In this document: positions 1 to 10,537 of the stretch, one piece after another
Layout of the letters: the number at the start of each line of letters is the position of its first letter
Numbering within the stretch: position 1 is the first letter of the stretch
IMG/VR virus record: IMGVR_UViG_3300035182_001709
DNA: 64,000 nucleotides
Strand: one strand, 5' to 3'
From: a virus
Taxonomy: Duplodnaviria > Heunggongvirae > Uroviricota > Caudoviricetes
The notes under the pieces: generated by a model
What the model saw: only the letters and a program-made list of their open reading frames with translations
Told to the model about the DNA's origin: nothing
Databases searched by the model: none
Translations under genes and position numbers: made by a program

Positions 1-218
1 TCGACGAGGTTGATGACCCGTCGAAGGAACTGATCATCATGGATCGCAGGATGTTTTTCGACGATCGTCGGTTCACTGACGATCAGGTCGACTACGGTCA
101 GGTCCTCCTGACAAAGGGCGGTGTTTCCCGTGACGACTGGTGACAATAAGCCTTTCTTCGATCAAAGAGGCTGCCATGAAAATGGGCGTCAGCAGATCAA
201 TGATCTTGCAAGTTTTGA

Positions 219-1046
219 ATGGTCATCGTGAATCTGCAAAAGGGTACGTGTACCATCATGCCAGAACACCAAAATAGGTTTTGTTTTGTGGCACCGATGT
301 TCAATGCATCGGAAACATTGCCCAGGATGCTTTACAGCATCTATGGGCAGTCATATGACAACTGGAAGATCGTCCTGATCGATGATGTGTCCGATTCTGT
401 GCATGTAGCCAACGCAAAAGACTGGCTGCAACGCTTCGATCACCTCAATTCTGGCCGTGTCACTACAATCTGGAACGCTGAGAAGAAGTGGGAGGTTGCC
501 AACGTCCTCAGAGGTCTGCAGGAGTGTGAGGACAGCGACATCGTCTGTCGCATTGACGCGGACGATTGGTTGACAGAGCTCGATGCTCTGACGTACCTAA
601 ACGTTCTCTACAACCAGAGCGGCGCAGACGCCCTGTGGACGGCACATCGTTGGGGTTTTACTGACAAGAACATCTCAGCTCCGATGCCCGGAGATGCTGA
701 CCCGTACAAATACCCGTGGGTCTCCAGCCACCTAAAGACCTTTCGTAAGAGCCTTCTGAATGGCGTACCTTACGAAAACTTTACCAATATGAATGGTGAT
801 CTTGTTCGTAGGGCCGGCGACCAAAGCCTTTATCTCCCGGTGTTGCATAATGCAAAGAGGCGTGGATTTGTTCCACGCGTCATGTATCACTATACCATTG
901 ATGAGCGCGGCGGTGCTGTTTATCAGACTGATGACGCAAAGTTTCAAAAAGCAGAAGCTGACTTCTTGCGCGGAAGAGGTTACGTTGCCCAAGGAAAACC
1001 GTGGGAAGAAGGTCTACAGACGTCATCACACAAAGCATCCACCTGA
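219..1046 (+). CDS. Glycosyltransferase family 2 (start possibly ATG 258)
   Basis: GT2 N-terminal signature CFVAPMFNASETLPRMLYSIYGQSYDNWKIVLIDDVSD (Rossmann DxD-type nucleotide-sugar binding region). Confidence 0.75.
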   Translation: MVIVNLQKGTCTIMPEHQNRFCFVAPMFNASETLPRMLYSIYGQSYDNWKIVLIDDVSDSVHVANAKDWLQRFDHLNSGRVTTIWNAEKKWEVANVLRGLQECEDSDIVCRIDADDWLTELDALTYLNVLYNQSGADALWTAHRWGFTDKNISAPMPGDADPYKYPWVSSHLKTFRKSLLNGVPYENFTNMNGDLVRRAGDQSLYLPVLHNAKRRGFVPRVMYHYTIDERGGAVYQTDDAKFQKAEADFLRGRGYVAQGKPWEEGLQTSSHKAST

Positions 1047-1119
1047 AGTGTGTCAGTCAATTGTTGACATGTACGTCAATGAAAAGCTGTCGTCAGTTGG
1101 CATCCTGGAACGCCTTTAG

Positions 1120-1742
1120 GGCGCGGGTGTTGACATCAGTTACTCTGGCGTTATCAATCTGATTCATGCAGCAGGTGTGATGCGGTCACGAAGTGAAACA
1201 ACGAAACACATCACGTTCACAGACACTAAAAAGTGTAAACACGGTACGTCAGATGACGTGTGGCGGCGGGAGGTGTTGGCACGGGTCGAAACGTTCGAAG
1301 AAGCAAAACGACTCGAAGTTAAGTTCATTGCTGAATATAACACCTGTGCACTTGTTGGCGGCTTTGGGTATAACATGACCCTGGGCGGTGATGGTGGCAC
1401 TTTGTCGGGCGTAGCAAACCCGTTCTATGGTCACAACCACACTCCAGAATCTGTCGAGAAAATTCGACGTACCATCGGTGACCGCCTCTCCGGATAGAAC
1501 AACCCACAATGGGGTCGAAAAGGTGTGTTGAGTCCGGCATGGGGGTTAAACATTCGGAAGAGTCTCGACGTAAACGTAGTGAAAAATTACGTGGTCGTAC
1601 GATCAGCGAACAAGCAAAGAACAACATGAGACAAACGTCTCAGAATCCTGAAACCAAGCGTCGTCGTAGCGAAGCACAAAAGCTTCGTCGACAGAAAGAG
1701 CGAGAAGCACGTGCGAGTCTACATCAATCGTCGACCGATTAG
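1120..1742 (+). mobile_element. Free-standing GIY-YIG/NUMOD homing endonuclease gene, apparently fragmented: the frame 1120-1497 has no ATG start and is followed by a separate NUMOD3-repeat ORF at 1509-1742
   Basis: I-TevI-like catalytic-domain end (EYNTCALVGGFGYNMTLGGDGG), then NUMOD3-type repeats GHNHTPESVEKIRR and GVKHSEESRRKRSEKLRG split over two frames. It lies between two GT genes. A sigma70-like TTGACA(17)TATCAAT promoter is at 1128-1163. Confidence 0.5.
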
Positions 1743-2646
1743 GGGACCTTGGGGAGGTGGCGCACACTTCATTAATGCTGCCTACGAACACATTCCTGAA
1801 TTGGGCCATGAAGTGGTTCCCGCTGATGAGCGTCAGGTGGCACCCGATATCATCCTGCTCGCGGGCCTTGACAGCGAGGCTGGTGGCATCTCAGCTGAGC
1901 AGGCGGTCATGTACAAGCTACACATGACGGGTCACCGCGACATTCGCATCGTCCTCCGCGTCAACGAAAATGATGCCCGGAAGGGGACTACGGGGGTCGA
2001 CGAATACCTTTTGAAGCTCTCGGAGTACGTCGACGGCACGGTGTTTGTCTCGAGATGGCTGCAGAAATATTTCGAGAAAAAAGGATGGAATTGCTCCAAC
2101 AACACCGTCATCAAAAATGGGGTCGATTCAACCATCTTTGCCCCTGCGAACAAGTTCAACGACGGCAAGGTGCACATCGCGGCCCATCACTGGTCAGACA
2201 ACCCGTTGAAGGGTGCCGACATCTACGAAGAAATTGATCGCTTCGTCGGAGCTCAACCCAAGAAGTTCGCCTTCACGTACATCGGTCGACACAAGTGCGA
2301 CTTTAAGCACACCACGGTTGTGAGGCCGCTGTACGGCAAGAAACTCGGTGAAGAACTGGGTCGCCATGATGTCTATGTGTCAGCATCCAGGTTCGATCCT
2401 GGTCCCAACCACATCTTGGAATCGATTGCCTGTGGCTTGCCAACCTACGTGCACAAGGACGGCGGCGGCGCGGTCGAGTTCGCTTGTGGAGATGAGTACG
2501 TCTACCAGGACTGGAATGAGCTGCGCTTCATCCTCGAAAAAGGCGTTTTCCGACCGAATCCTGCTGCAACGGGCGATTGGAAGACATGCATCGAGGAGTA
2601 TGTTAGATTCATGCAGGCCACTAGCCTACGCACGGAGAACCCATGA
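1711..2646 (+). CDS. Glycosyltransferase, GT-B fold (GT4-like); GTG start uncertain
   Basis: C-terminal GT4 motif PNHILESIACGLPTYVHKDGGGAVEF (E-x7-E nucleotide-sugar pocket). Confidence 0.6.
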   Translation: MRVYINRRPIRGPWGGGAHFINAAYEHIPELGHEVVPADERQVAPDIILLAGLDSEAGGISAEQAVMYKLHMTGHRDIRIVLRVNENDARKGTTGVDEYLLKLSEYVDGTVFVSRWLQKYFEKKGWNCSNNTVIKNGVDSTIFAPANKFNDGKVHIAAHHWSDNPLKGADIYEEIDRFVGAQPKKFAFTYIGRHKCDFKHTTVVRPLYGKKLGEELGRHDVYVSASRFDPGPNHILESIACGLPTYVHKDGGGAVEFACGDEYVYQDWNELRFILEKGVFRPNPAATGDWKTCIEEYVRFMQATSLRTENP

Positions 2647-3026
2647 GTGACAAGAAGGTCGGAATCCACGAGGCCGTGTCCCAGCTGTTGGGTGAGAAGT
2701 TGAAGAAGTACATCAAACCTGAGGGTTCAGAGGAGGGCCTCAATCCCTACGTCTGCACTCAGATCTATGGTGACATCTTTGACGCGCTCGTCGAGGTCTT
2801 CACCGCCGCGCAGGTCGAGATCACCAATGAGTCGATGAACTACGTGGCGCAGCAGTACTACGATAGCATCCTCATCAACAATCGCTATGAGCTCGATCCC
2901 AACATCTTCTCGCAGCGTGCCAGGCTGGAGAACATCGAGACCAAGGAGCTGGCATTGTTGCGCATGATGCTCCATGGGACCGACTTTTCGTTGCCGATCA
3001 TTCAGGAGATCAAGCGTCGATCATGA
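2643..3026 (+). CDS. Hypothetical protein
   Basis: 127-aa ORF co-oriented with the GT cluster; overlapping ATGA-type gene junctions. Confidence 0.4.
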   Translation: MSDKKVGIHEAVSQLLGEKLKKYIKPEGSEEGLNPYVCTQIYGDIFDALVEVFTAAQVEITNESMNYVAQQYYDSILINNRYELDPNIFSQRARLENIETKELALLRMMLHGTDFSLPIIQEIKRRS

Positions 3027-3955
3027 AGGTGCACTTCGACGGTGTCAATTTCAACTCTTTGTCCGGCCCCAACACCTTCGCAGGCCGCCTAGCCCGTGGG
3101 TTGTTCGAGAGCGGACACGAGGTGACGCTCTCGGTAGCCGAGGCCGACGTTTCACTGGTCTTCATCGAACGCAGTGGGGCACCCCTTGCCAAGAAAGTCG
3201 TCCAGCGCCTAGACGGCGTCTGGTTCAAACCCGAAGAGTTTCACACCAAGAACTCGAACATCAAGGCGTTGTACGGCGCCGCCGACGCCGTCGTCTTTCA
3301 GTCGGAATTTGATCGCAACTTCGTTGAGTAGTGGTGGGGAGGCGTCACCCGGCACACCGTCATCCGCAACGGGATCGACACGGTGCCTCTCAAGGAGTTG
3401 ACCATTCCGGCGCTGAGCAAATTGGTGCATGATTATGAGCGCATCTACGTCTGCAGCTCGAATTGGCACCCACAGAAGCGCCTCAAGTCAAACGTTGAAC
3501 TCTACATGCACCTCCGCGAGAAGCGGCCCAACAGCGCCCTGATCATTATGGGTAAGGACCCTGACGTGCGTGTGGCAGACCCACACGTCTTCTACACTGG
3601 TCCTGTTGGTCCCGATGTCTACATGCAGGTGTATGCTGCAGCCTCATGGATGCTGCATCTAGCGTGGGCTGACCATTGCCCCAACGTTGTCGTAGAAGCT
3701 CTGTCACAAGGAACTCCCGTGGCATGCGCATCCGTGGGTGGAACCAAGGAACTCATCGGCTCTTATGGCCACGTCCTACAGGAGCAGCCGTACGACTACA
3801 CGCTTGAGGACTACGATAATCCACCCATGATCGATGTGAGGCAGGTCGAAGACCTGCCAGACCGTCGCGATCTCGACTATACCAGCATCGCCGACATCGA
3901 CATCAAGAATGTCACGCGGCGCTACATTGAACTGTTCGAATCGGTACTCGCATGA
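3023..3955 (+). CDS. GT4 glycosyltransferase interrupted by a single in-frame TAG (3329-3331)
   Basis: ORFs 3023-3331 (GT4 N-terminal domain) and 3383-3955 (C-domain, EALSQGTPVACASVGGTKE) are in the same frame. The only intervening stop is TAG; reading through gives ...EFDRNFVE-X-WWGGVTRHTVIRNGIDTVPL..., which restores the conserved NGID interdomain motif. Confidence 0.6.
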
Positions 3956-4869
3956 ACAAGGTTTACGTGCTGCCTCCCAAAGAAGACTGGATCGTCGACC
4001 GCTTCGTCAAGGAATGGAACGAAGACAATGCCGACATCAGCGTCTATCATCCCAAGGACGCTCACGTTGTTTGGTTGTTGGCCGACTGGTGTTGGGAAGG
4101 TCTATCGAACGCGGGATTGTTGCGTTACAAAAAGGTGATCACCACAGTTCATCACATCACACCAGAGAAATTTGGGTTCAAGGAACTCGATGATTTCAGG
4201 CAACGCGACCTGGTGACCACAGCCTATCACGTTTACAACGAACGGACGCACTCGTTCATTAGACCCTTGACTGAAAAGCCTATCCATCTCATCAAGTACT
4301 GGGCCAACCAGAAGATCTGGCTGCCGACGTTGGACAAGGGATTGCTGCGGCAGAAGTACGGGATTCCGACAGATGCCTACGTCATCGGTTCATTCCAACG
4401 TGACACAGAAGGTAAGGACCTGAAGAGCCCAAAGCTCGAAAAGGGCCCTGATCTACTCGCAGATTTCATCATCCGGAAGCATCGCCAACGAGGCATCATC
4501 GGCGACGATAAGGTACACGTGGTCCTGGCAGGTTGGCGACGTCAGTACCTGATTGGACGTCTAGAAGAGGCGGGCGTCCCGTACACTTACCTGGAACGGC
4601 CCCCGCACGAGACGGTCAATGAACTCTACCAGACGCTTGACCTTTACCCGGTCACCGCACGTCACGAGGGAGGCCCGCAGTCATTGATCGAGTGTGGCCT
4701 GCTCAATGTGCCAGTAGTCTCCAGGCCAGTCGGCATCGCAGAACAGGTGTTGCCTTCCTCTGCAATTGCTGATGATGTCTTCAACGCTACGCCGGCAATT
4801 CCCAACGTAGAGGCATGGAAACTTCCCGCGGGTTATGAGCCCTATAGAAAATTGATCGAGTCGCTATGA
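3952..4869 (+). CDS. Glycosyltransferase-like protein (GT-B C-terminal domain)
   Basis: EGGPQSLIECGLLNVPVVSRP resembles the GT1/GT4 C-terminal motif. Confidence 0.45.
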   Translation: MNKVYVLPPKEDWIVDRFVKEWNEDNADISVYHPKDAHVVWLLADWCWEGLSNAGLLRYKKVITTVHHITPEKFGFKELDDFRQRDLVTTAYHVYNERTHSFIRPLTEKPIHLIKYWANQKIWLPTLDKGLLRQKYGIPTDAYVIGSFQRDTEGKDLKSPKLEKGPDLLADFIIRKHRQRGIIGDDKVHVVLAGWRRQYLIGRLEEAGVPYTYLERPPHETVNELYQTLDLYPVTARHEGGPQSLIECGLLNVPVVSRPVGIAEQVLPSSAIADDVFNATPAIPNVEAWKLPAGYEPYRKLIESL

Positions 4870-5120
4870 ACTACGAAGAACTGGCTGAGAAAGTCCGTCA
4901 CACCCTCGAAACATGGGAGAAAGGCCACATATCGAACGGTGAGTTCCACAGTCGGATCTACGATCTAGTCTGGGACCCACGAGAGTTTGAGGCACTCGAG
5001 GCCGGTGAGACTGTCATGGCATTTGGCTCGTGTTGCTGCAGCGAACATCCACCTGACAGGACATTCAAGTGCGAGATCACGATTCAACCTCACGGATACA
5101 CCATCAAGAGGTGCGAGTGA
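4866..5120 (+). CDS. Hypothetical small protein
   Basis: 84-aa ORF, overlapping start/stop with flanking genes. Confidence 0.3.
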   Translation: MNYEELAEKVRHTLETWEKGHISNGEFHSRIYDLVWDPREFEALEAGETVMAFGSCCCSEHPPDRTFKCEITIQPHGYTIKRCE

Positions 5121-5134
5121 GTGTCAAATTCTTG

Positions 5135-5929
5135 ATGGTGACGTGTTGCCTGGAGCCGACCCGCGTCGAGATCCTGAAGTCTGTCATCAAGAACATTCAG
5201 GAACAGGCGCCAGAGCTTGTCACTGATCTCACGGTCTTCGACAATGCCTCAAACCAACCAGACGTTCACGAGTTGCTTTACGGAGCCTTCAAGAACGTCT
5301 ATGTGGCAGACTCCAACGTGGGTTATTGGACCGCCATCGACTGGTGGCTGCGTTCGTTAGAGTCAGATCCTCCGAAGTACACGTACATCATCGAATCAGA
5401 CATGATGCACTATGACTTCAACAAGATCTGGACCGCAGCCTCCTACCTCGACACCCACCCAGAGATCGGTGCAGTTCGACTCCATGAATACGACTACGAT
5501 AACAGGCACCTTTACGACAAAGACCGGCCACTACCAGAATCACGGCGTAACATCTGGCAGTCGCACACCAACAAGGTCAACGGCAAGCGCGTTTCATTTG
5601 AAGAGTCAGAACAACCCGGCATCCTGAAGACAACGTTCCTGACACAGCTGCCTGCCCTCAATCGTTATTCAGCCATGGTCGAGTCATTCAGAAGGCTGCG
5701 CGGGATGCCCAAGTTTTCTGAGCTAGATTTCCAGCGGGCGTATTACGTGCAGTATCCCATCAATGCCATCCTCGATGGTGGCATCTTCAATGCTGACGCG
5801 GCGAGCTGGGGAACCAAGACTGTGACGGGCTCGTGGTCAACGCCTGAAGAACTTGCCAAGATTGGTTACAAGAGCACCCGCTATGCCAACATCGTGGGTC
5901 CCGAAGGGTACAAAGTCACCAGGCTGTGA
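5135..5929 (+). CDS. Putative GT2-like glycosyltransferase
   Basis: LTVFDNASNQ...GYWTAIDWW resembles the GT2 N-terminus (vvDNgStD). Confidence 0.4.
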   Translation: MVTCCLEPTRVEILKSVIKNIQEQAPELVTDLTVFDNASNQPDVHELLYGAFKNVYVADSNVGYWTAIDWWLRSLESDPPKYTYIIESDMMHYDFNKIWTAASYLDTHPEIGAVRLHEYDYDNRHLYDKDRPLPESRRNIWQSHTNKVNGKRVSFEESEQPGILKTTFLTQLPALNRYSAMVESFRRLRGMPKFSELDFQRAYYVQYPINAILDGGIFNADAASWGTKTVTGSWSTPEELAKIGYKSTRYANIVGPEGYKVTRL

Positions 5930-5943
5930 TAGAATGGCCACAG

Positions 5944-6957
5944 ATGTCGCGGTACCTCATTTTCGGTGGAACGGGCTCCCTGGGCAAAAAGCTGATCGAA
6001 CGGTTGTCGCCGCCCGATCAAGTTGCTGTCTATTCACGGGACGAGGCTAAACACTGGACGATTCGCAATGAGCTTGCGGCCCGTCCTCGTGCCTCTGATC
6101 TCAAGTTTTACGTTGGCGACATCCGTGATCCTTCCCGTGTCAAGGACGTCATTCGCCAGACTCAACCCACCCACATTATCATCGCCGCTGCGTTGAAGCA
6201 GGTCGATACCTGCGAACTGTCGCCCACTGAGGCGATTGCCACAAACCTGCAAGGCACTGTCAACGTTGTCAATGCCTTGAATGAGTTGCGTCCAACGTGG
6301 CTCGAGGCTTGCCTCTTCGTCTCTACCGACAAGGCGTGTGCACCCGTCAACGTCTACGGCATGTGCAAGGCCGCCTCAGAACGTGTCGTGACCAGTCAGT
6401 CAATGACGGGTCACCAGTGGATACGCTATCTGGCAGTTCGCTATGGAAACGTCCTGGAATCACGCGGCAGTATCATTCCGCTGTTCAAGTACCAAGCCGA
6501 GACTCAGCCTTACCTGACTGTCACCGATCCGAATATGACGAGGTACGTCATGACACTCGACGATTCTGTCGATCTGATTTTGACTGCTTTCAAAAAGGGT
6601 GAGTCGGGTGAAACCTGGATCCCGCGGCTGCCTGCCATGAAGATCGGCGACCTCGCGGAAATCTTTGCCGAGCGCCACGGGAAACAAGTGAAGATCATCG
6701 GCCTGCGTCCAGGTGAAAAGATGCACGAAGACCTGATCAATGCATCTGAATCAGTGCGCACCACATTGAGCAACGACAAGCAGAACTACATCATCGGACC
6801 AGCGCACCTCGCAGGCAAAAATGATGCGTTCACATACTCCAGCAATCACCAGGTCTTCACCAAGAACCAGCTGAAAGAACATTTGACACGCTTGGGCATC
6901 ATCGACAAGTCGTCGGATGAGTTTGAGGGTCGTTCAATCGAGGAGATTCGCAAGTGA
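5944..6957 (+). CDS. UDP-N-acetylglucosamine 4,6-dehydratase (PseB/FlaA1/CapD family SDR)
   Basis: GGTGSLGK Rossmann motif, STDKA, catalytic YGMCKAASE (YxxxK). Confidence 0.8.
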   Translation: MSRYLIFGGTGSLGKKLIERLSPPDQVAVYSRDEAKHWTIRNELAARPRASDLKFYVGDIRDPSRVKDVIRQTQPTHIIIAAALKQVDTCELSPTEAIATNLQGTVNVVNALNELRPTWLEACLFVSTDKACAPVNVYGMCKAASERVVTSQSMTGHQWIRYLAVRYGNVLESRGSIIPLFKYQAETQPYLTVTDPNMTRYVMTLDDSVDLILTAFKKGESGETWIPRLPAMKIGDLAEIFAERHGKQVKIIGLRPGEKMHEDLINASESVRTTLSNDKQNYIIGPAHLAGKNDAFTYSSNHQVFTKNQLKEHLTRLGIIDKSSDEFEGRSIEEIRK

Positions 6958-8099
6958 GCAAGACGTACCCACTGTTCAAGGTTCACGTGGACAAGCCCCG
7001 GGCTCTTAACGAGATCGAAAAGGTCTTTGCTTCGGGTTTCATCAACGAAGGCCTCGAGGTCACCAAGTTGACCGCGGCCATGAAGCACGAGCTGCAGGCC
7101 GAGAATCTGATTCTCGTCAACAGCTGCACTTCAGCACTGACGCTGGCACTGCACCTCTCTGGCGTCGATCATCGCTGTAACGTCGTCTCAACGCCAATGA
7201 CGTGTGTGGCGACTAACACGCCGATCGTAGCCGCGGGCGCGCGGATCAACTGGGCCGACGTGGACCCTGAAACAGGCATGCTCACTCCTGAGACAGTCGA
7301 GGCCGCCATCGATGACGACACTCGAGCTGTAATGGTTGTGGCCTGGGCAGGCACGCCGCCCGACTTGAGAGGCATCCGTGAGGTGTGCAATGCTCACAGC
7401 GTTCCAATGATCCTGGACGCAGCGCACGCATTTGACGCCGGCTTCGGCGGCATGCCTGTTCACACCTGGGCCGACTATGCCTGTTACTCATTCCAGGCCA
7501 TCAAACACTTCACCACCGGCGACGGCGGCGCCCTAATCTGTCGGGCGCCCAATGCTTACCGCAGAGCCAAGGCACTGAAGTGGTTTGGCATCGACCGTGA
7601 CCGTGCCAAGGATGAGAACGGCAACTGGAAGGGCCAACAGTGGGACGTCGACATCCTCGAGAGCGGCTTCAAGTTCAACATGAACAACGTGGCGGCAGCC
7701 ATTGGCCTGTCGCAACTGCCTCACATCGATGAGATTTTGGGCGCTCACCGCGCAAATGCGTCAGTCTATGACCAGGTCTTCCGCGATTCAAAGACAGTGC
7801 GGCCGGTCAAGCGTCACCCCGAAGCGTTCTCTAGTCACTGGGTTTACACCATGCGTGTCAATCACGAGTATTCGAGGTTGACGCGCGATGAGTTGTTGAA
7901 GGCCCTCAATGAAGAAGGAATCAAGGCTGGCGTGGTTCATGTGCCCAATGATGACTACTCGGCATTCGCGCACTTCTACAAGAGCCTGCCTGGCGTCCGT
8001 GGATTTGCTGCTGAGCAATTTTCGCTGCCATGTGGCTGGTGGATCACGGAAGACGACGTTCACCACATCGCCAAGCGCGTCCTCGAGTTGACTCGATGA
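6954..8099 (+). CDS. DegT/DnrJ/EryC1 (PseC/ArnB-like) PLP-dependent sugar aminotransferase
   Basis: PLP lysine motif YSFQAIKHFTTGDGGALI; family-typical N-terminus. Confidence 0.8.
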   Translation: MSKTYPLFKVHVDKPRALNEIEKVFASGFINEGLEVTKLTAAMKHELQAENLILVNSCTSALTLALHLSGVDHRCNVVSTPMTCVATNTPIVAAGARINWADVDPETGMLTPETVEAAIDDDTRAVMVVAWAGTPPDLRGIREVCNAHSVPMILDAAHAFDAGFGGMPVHTWADYACYSFQAIKHFTTGDGGALICRAPNAYRRAKALKWFGIDRDRAKDENGNWKGQQWDVDILESGFKFNMNNVAAAIGLSQLPHIDEILGAHRANASVYDQVFRDSKTVRPVKRHPEAFSSHWVYTMRVNHEYSRLTRDELLKALNEEGIKAGVVHVPNDDYSAFAHFYKSLPGVRGFAAEQFSLPCGWWITEDDVHHIAKRVLELTR

Positions 8100-8815
8100 G
8101 CACTCCGCGCGTCTTTGTTGGGACCCTCTATTGCAAAGAGGGCGATTTTCAGGAACACTGCAAGATGATTAGTTTGCAGCGAGATGTCAACATTTCACAC
8201 CATGTGATTGCTGACCTGCCTGAAAAGGACGCGCACAATTCCCTGTGGGACGCCTGGAACAGATCGAAGACGGAATATGACCTCTTCGTCAAGATCGATG
8301 CTGACACCGTCCTCCGTGACGAAGAGACCATAAAGCGAATTTGGGCCTTGTTCGAAGGCAATCCACGGCTCACTGGCATCCAGGCTCCACTGCACGACTA
8401 CATGACTGATGGCCTAATCAATGGCCTCAACTGCTTTTCGCCGAAGGTGATTTTCAACCCGACGAATGATGGTCTGTATTGTGACCGCGGCGTCGACACG
8501 GGCCACGATCAAGTCCTGCGTCAAGGACAACTGCCTCCCGAGCTCGAGCCCGCGGGCTATCACTGTCATCACGCAACAGACAAGCAAGCATTTCACTATG
8601 GCCTTCACCGGGCCCTGAAGGGTCAGGCTGACATCATGTTGCGTGTGCAAAAGGCGTGGCTGACACATCGTGATCGAATCCGTGGCCTCGCCTTGGCGGG
8701 CACCGCAGCGGCGCCCTACCTGTGGAATCACAACTACAACGATCCTGAATTTGAGTCCGAATACCAGCGACTAGTGAAGGAGTTCGATGCGTCCCACGAT
8801 CATCCAGCTCGTTGA
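8096..8815 (+). CDS. Hypothetical protein, possible sugar-modifying enzyme/glycosyltransferase (DxD-like KIDADTV)
   Basis: ORF within the glycan cluster; weak DAD motif only. Confidence 0.3.
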   Translation: MSTPRVFVGTLYCKEGDFQEHCKMISLQRDVNISHHVIADLPEKDAHNSLWDAWNRSKTEYDLFVKIDADTVLRDEETIKRIWALFEGNPRLTGIQAPLHDYMTDGLINGLNCFSPKVIFNPTNDGLYCDRGVDTGHDQVLRQGQLPPELEPAGYHCHHATDKQAFHYGLHRALKGQADIMLRVQKAWLTHRDRIRGLALAGTAAAPYLWNHNYNDPEFESEYQRLVKEFDASHDHPAR

Positions 8816-9704
8816 CTCAGTTCAATACGTTGAGACCAACTGCTTTCAACACCAACTGCTGTCGGCACTGCGTCGCAAGGCTGAAGTGGTTCAGGTGCCC
8901 GCTGATCAACTGCCCAGATTTCGCGTTCCAGAAGGAACGCATCACGTGCTCAGCTGCCTCAAGATGAGGACGCTACACAGGCTTAAGGACCAGCTTAGGG
9001 CCGCCCTGGGCAATTGTCAACTCGTACATTATGAGCAAGATCCTTGGCATGGCTACATGGACGACAGCCCGTGGCAAGGAATTTTTGCAGATATAAAACA
9101 AAGACTTAATCTGTCGTTCGTTGCAGTCACCACGCGATGGTGGGCTGACTACATGGAGGCCGACGGGATCCCGGCACGCTTCGTCAAGATGTGGATGATG
9201 CCAGAGTACTGCGACCGCGGGCCAGCGTACCTCGAGAGACCCATTGACCTGGGATTCGTCGGCAGTCTACATCCTTACCGCAGAAAACTGTTCGACCTGA
9301 TTGAAGACAGCGGCTATTCCATCAACACTTCAGGAGGTTACGACTACTCGGGTTACCTCAAAGCGTTGCATGGAATCAAGGTCTATCTTCACTCTGAAGA
9401 CTGTCCGATCAAAGTCAATGGTGTGTTCCACAATCTCAATGACGGACTGTGGGCCCGTGAGATCGAGGTCGCCGCACGAGGTTGCATCTCGATTCGCAAC
9501 TGGGGGTCTGAGTCTGACTCGTACCTGGGAAGCGATATTCGCACTGCGTTCCTCTACCGTGACCCTCAAGATGTCCCTGGAATAATCCGGTCAATTGAGC
9601 AGATGGATCCAACAGAACGCCAGAAAAGAATTGACGACACTTTGGAGTACATTCGTTCAGCAGATGAGTGGGGTCGGACTGCAGAAGTTCTGATCAGAGG
9701 TTGA
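8787..9704 (+). CDS. Putative glycosyltransferase (CgeB-like / Glyco_trans_1_2-type C-terminal domain)
   Basis: LGFVGSLHPYRRKLFDLIEDSG region resembles CgeB-type GT. Confidence 0.4.
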   Translation: MRPTIIQLVDSVQYVETNCFQHQLLSALRRKAEVVQVPADQLPRFRVPEGTHHVLSCLKMRTLHRLKDQLRAALGNCQLVHYEQDPWHGYMDDSPWQGIFADIKQRLNLSFVAVTTRWWADYMEADGIPARFVKMWMMPEYCDRGPAYLERPIDLGFVGSLHPYRRKLFDLIEDSGYSINTSGGYDYSGYLKALHGIKVYLHSEDCPIKVNGVFHNLNDGLWAREIEVAARGCISIRNWGSESDSYLGSDIRTAFLYRDPQDVPGIIRSIEQMDPTERQKRIDDTLEYIRSADEWGRTAEVLIRG

Positions 9705-10498
9705 TGATGACTTATAAAGCAGGTCACTACACGCACGTTTCACAGAAGGCAGAGATCGGACTCGGCGTCGAACTGGAACTCGGTGATTGCAGCTACATCG
9801 GCCCGGGCGTTCGGTTCACCGGCCGCGGGCGAGTCAAGTTTGGTGACTACTGTAAGGTCCACGCGGGTTGCTTCATCAACGCTGGTGACGGTGGTTACGT
9901 AGAGTTCGGCCACAACTGCTGGTTCGGCGAGCGCACCGTCCTGGACGGCACCGGTGGCCTGTTGGGTGGCAACAACATCGGCGTCGGTATTGCCTCACAC
10001 CTCTACACTCACATTGCCCACGGCGACGTCATCGAAGGCTGCCGATTCATGAGCACCAAGCAGATGTTGTTGGAAGACGACGTTTGGTTCGTCGGCCAGT
10101 GCCTCGTCTCGCCGATCCACGCCAAGGCCAAATCGATGGCCATGTTGGGTTCTGTGGTGACGAAGGATATGGAGGTGAACCACGTCTATGCAGGCACCCC
10201 AGCCAAAGACATCACTGACAAAGTTGGCCCTCCTTGGATTCCTCGGACTGACGAGGACAAGCTGCGGTTGCTGCAAGAGACCAAGGCACGTTACCTGTCG
10301 CTGCACGAGCCCGATTACACGGGTTCCGCACAGCACACCATCGTGCCTTGCGTTGGCCTGCCGGACAAGGCCTTGCGGGCCCAAGGTGTGACCTACATCG
10401 ACGTGGTCTCAAGGAAGTACACGAAGAATTTGTCTGAGGATGAACGTCGATTCATGTCATGGCTCATCTCATATAAAGGTCGCTACGTCCCAGAATGA
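9704..10498 (+). CDS. Left-handed beta-helix (hexapeptide repeat) sugar N-acetyltransferase (PseH/PglD/WbpD-like)
   Basis: Repeated [LIV]-G-x-x-x-x hexapeptides (GDYCKVHAGCFINAGDGGYVEFGHNCWFGERTVLDG...). Confidence 0.7.
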   Translation: MMTYKAGHYTHVSQKAEIGLGVELELGDCSYIGPGVRFTGRGRVKFGDYCKVHAGCFINAGDGGYVEFGHNCWFGERTVLDGTGGLLGGNNIGVGIASHLYTHIAHGDVIEGCRFMSTKQMLLEDDVWFVGQCLVSPIHAKAKSMAMLGSVVTKDMEVNHVYAGTPAKDITDKVGPPWIPRTDEDKLRLLQETKARYLSLHEPDYTGSAQHTIVPCVGLPDKALRAQGVTYIDVVSRKYTKNLSEDERRFMSWLISYKGRYVPE

Positions 10499-10537
10499 AT
10501 TGAACAAGGACCCCGGTGAGGGGTAAAGTAAGGTAAC

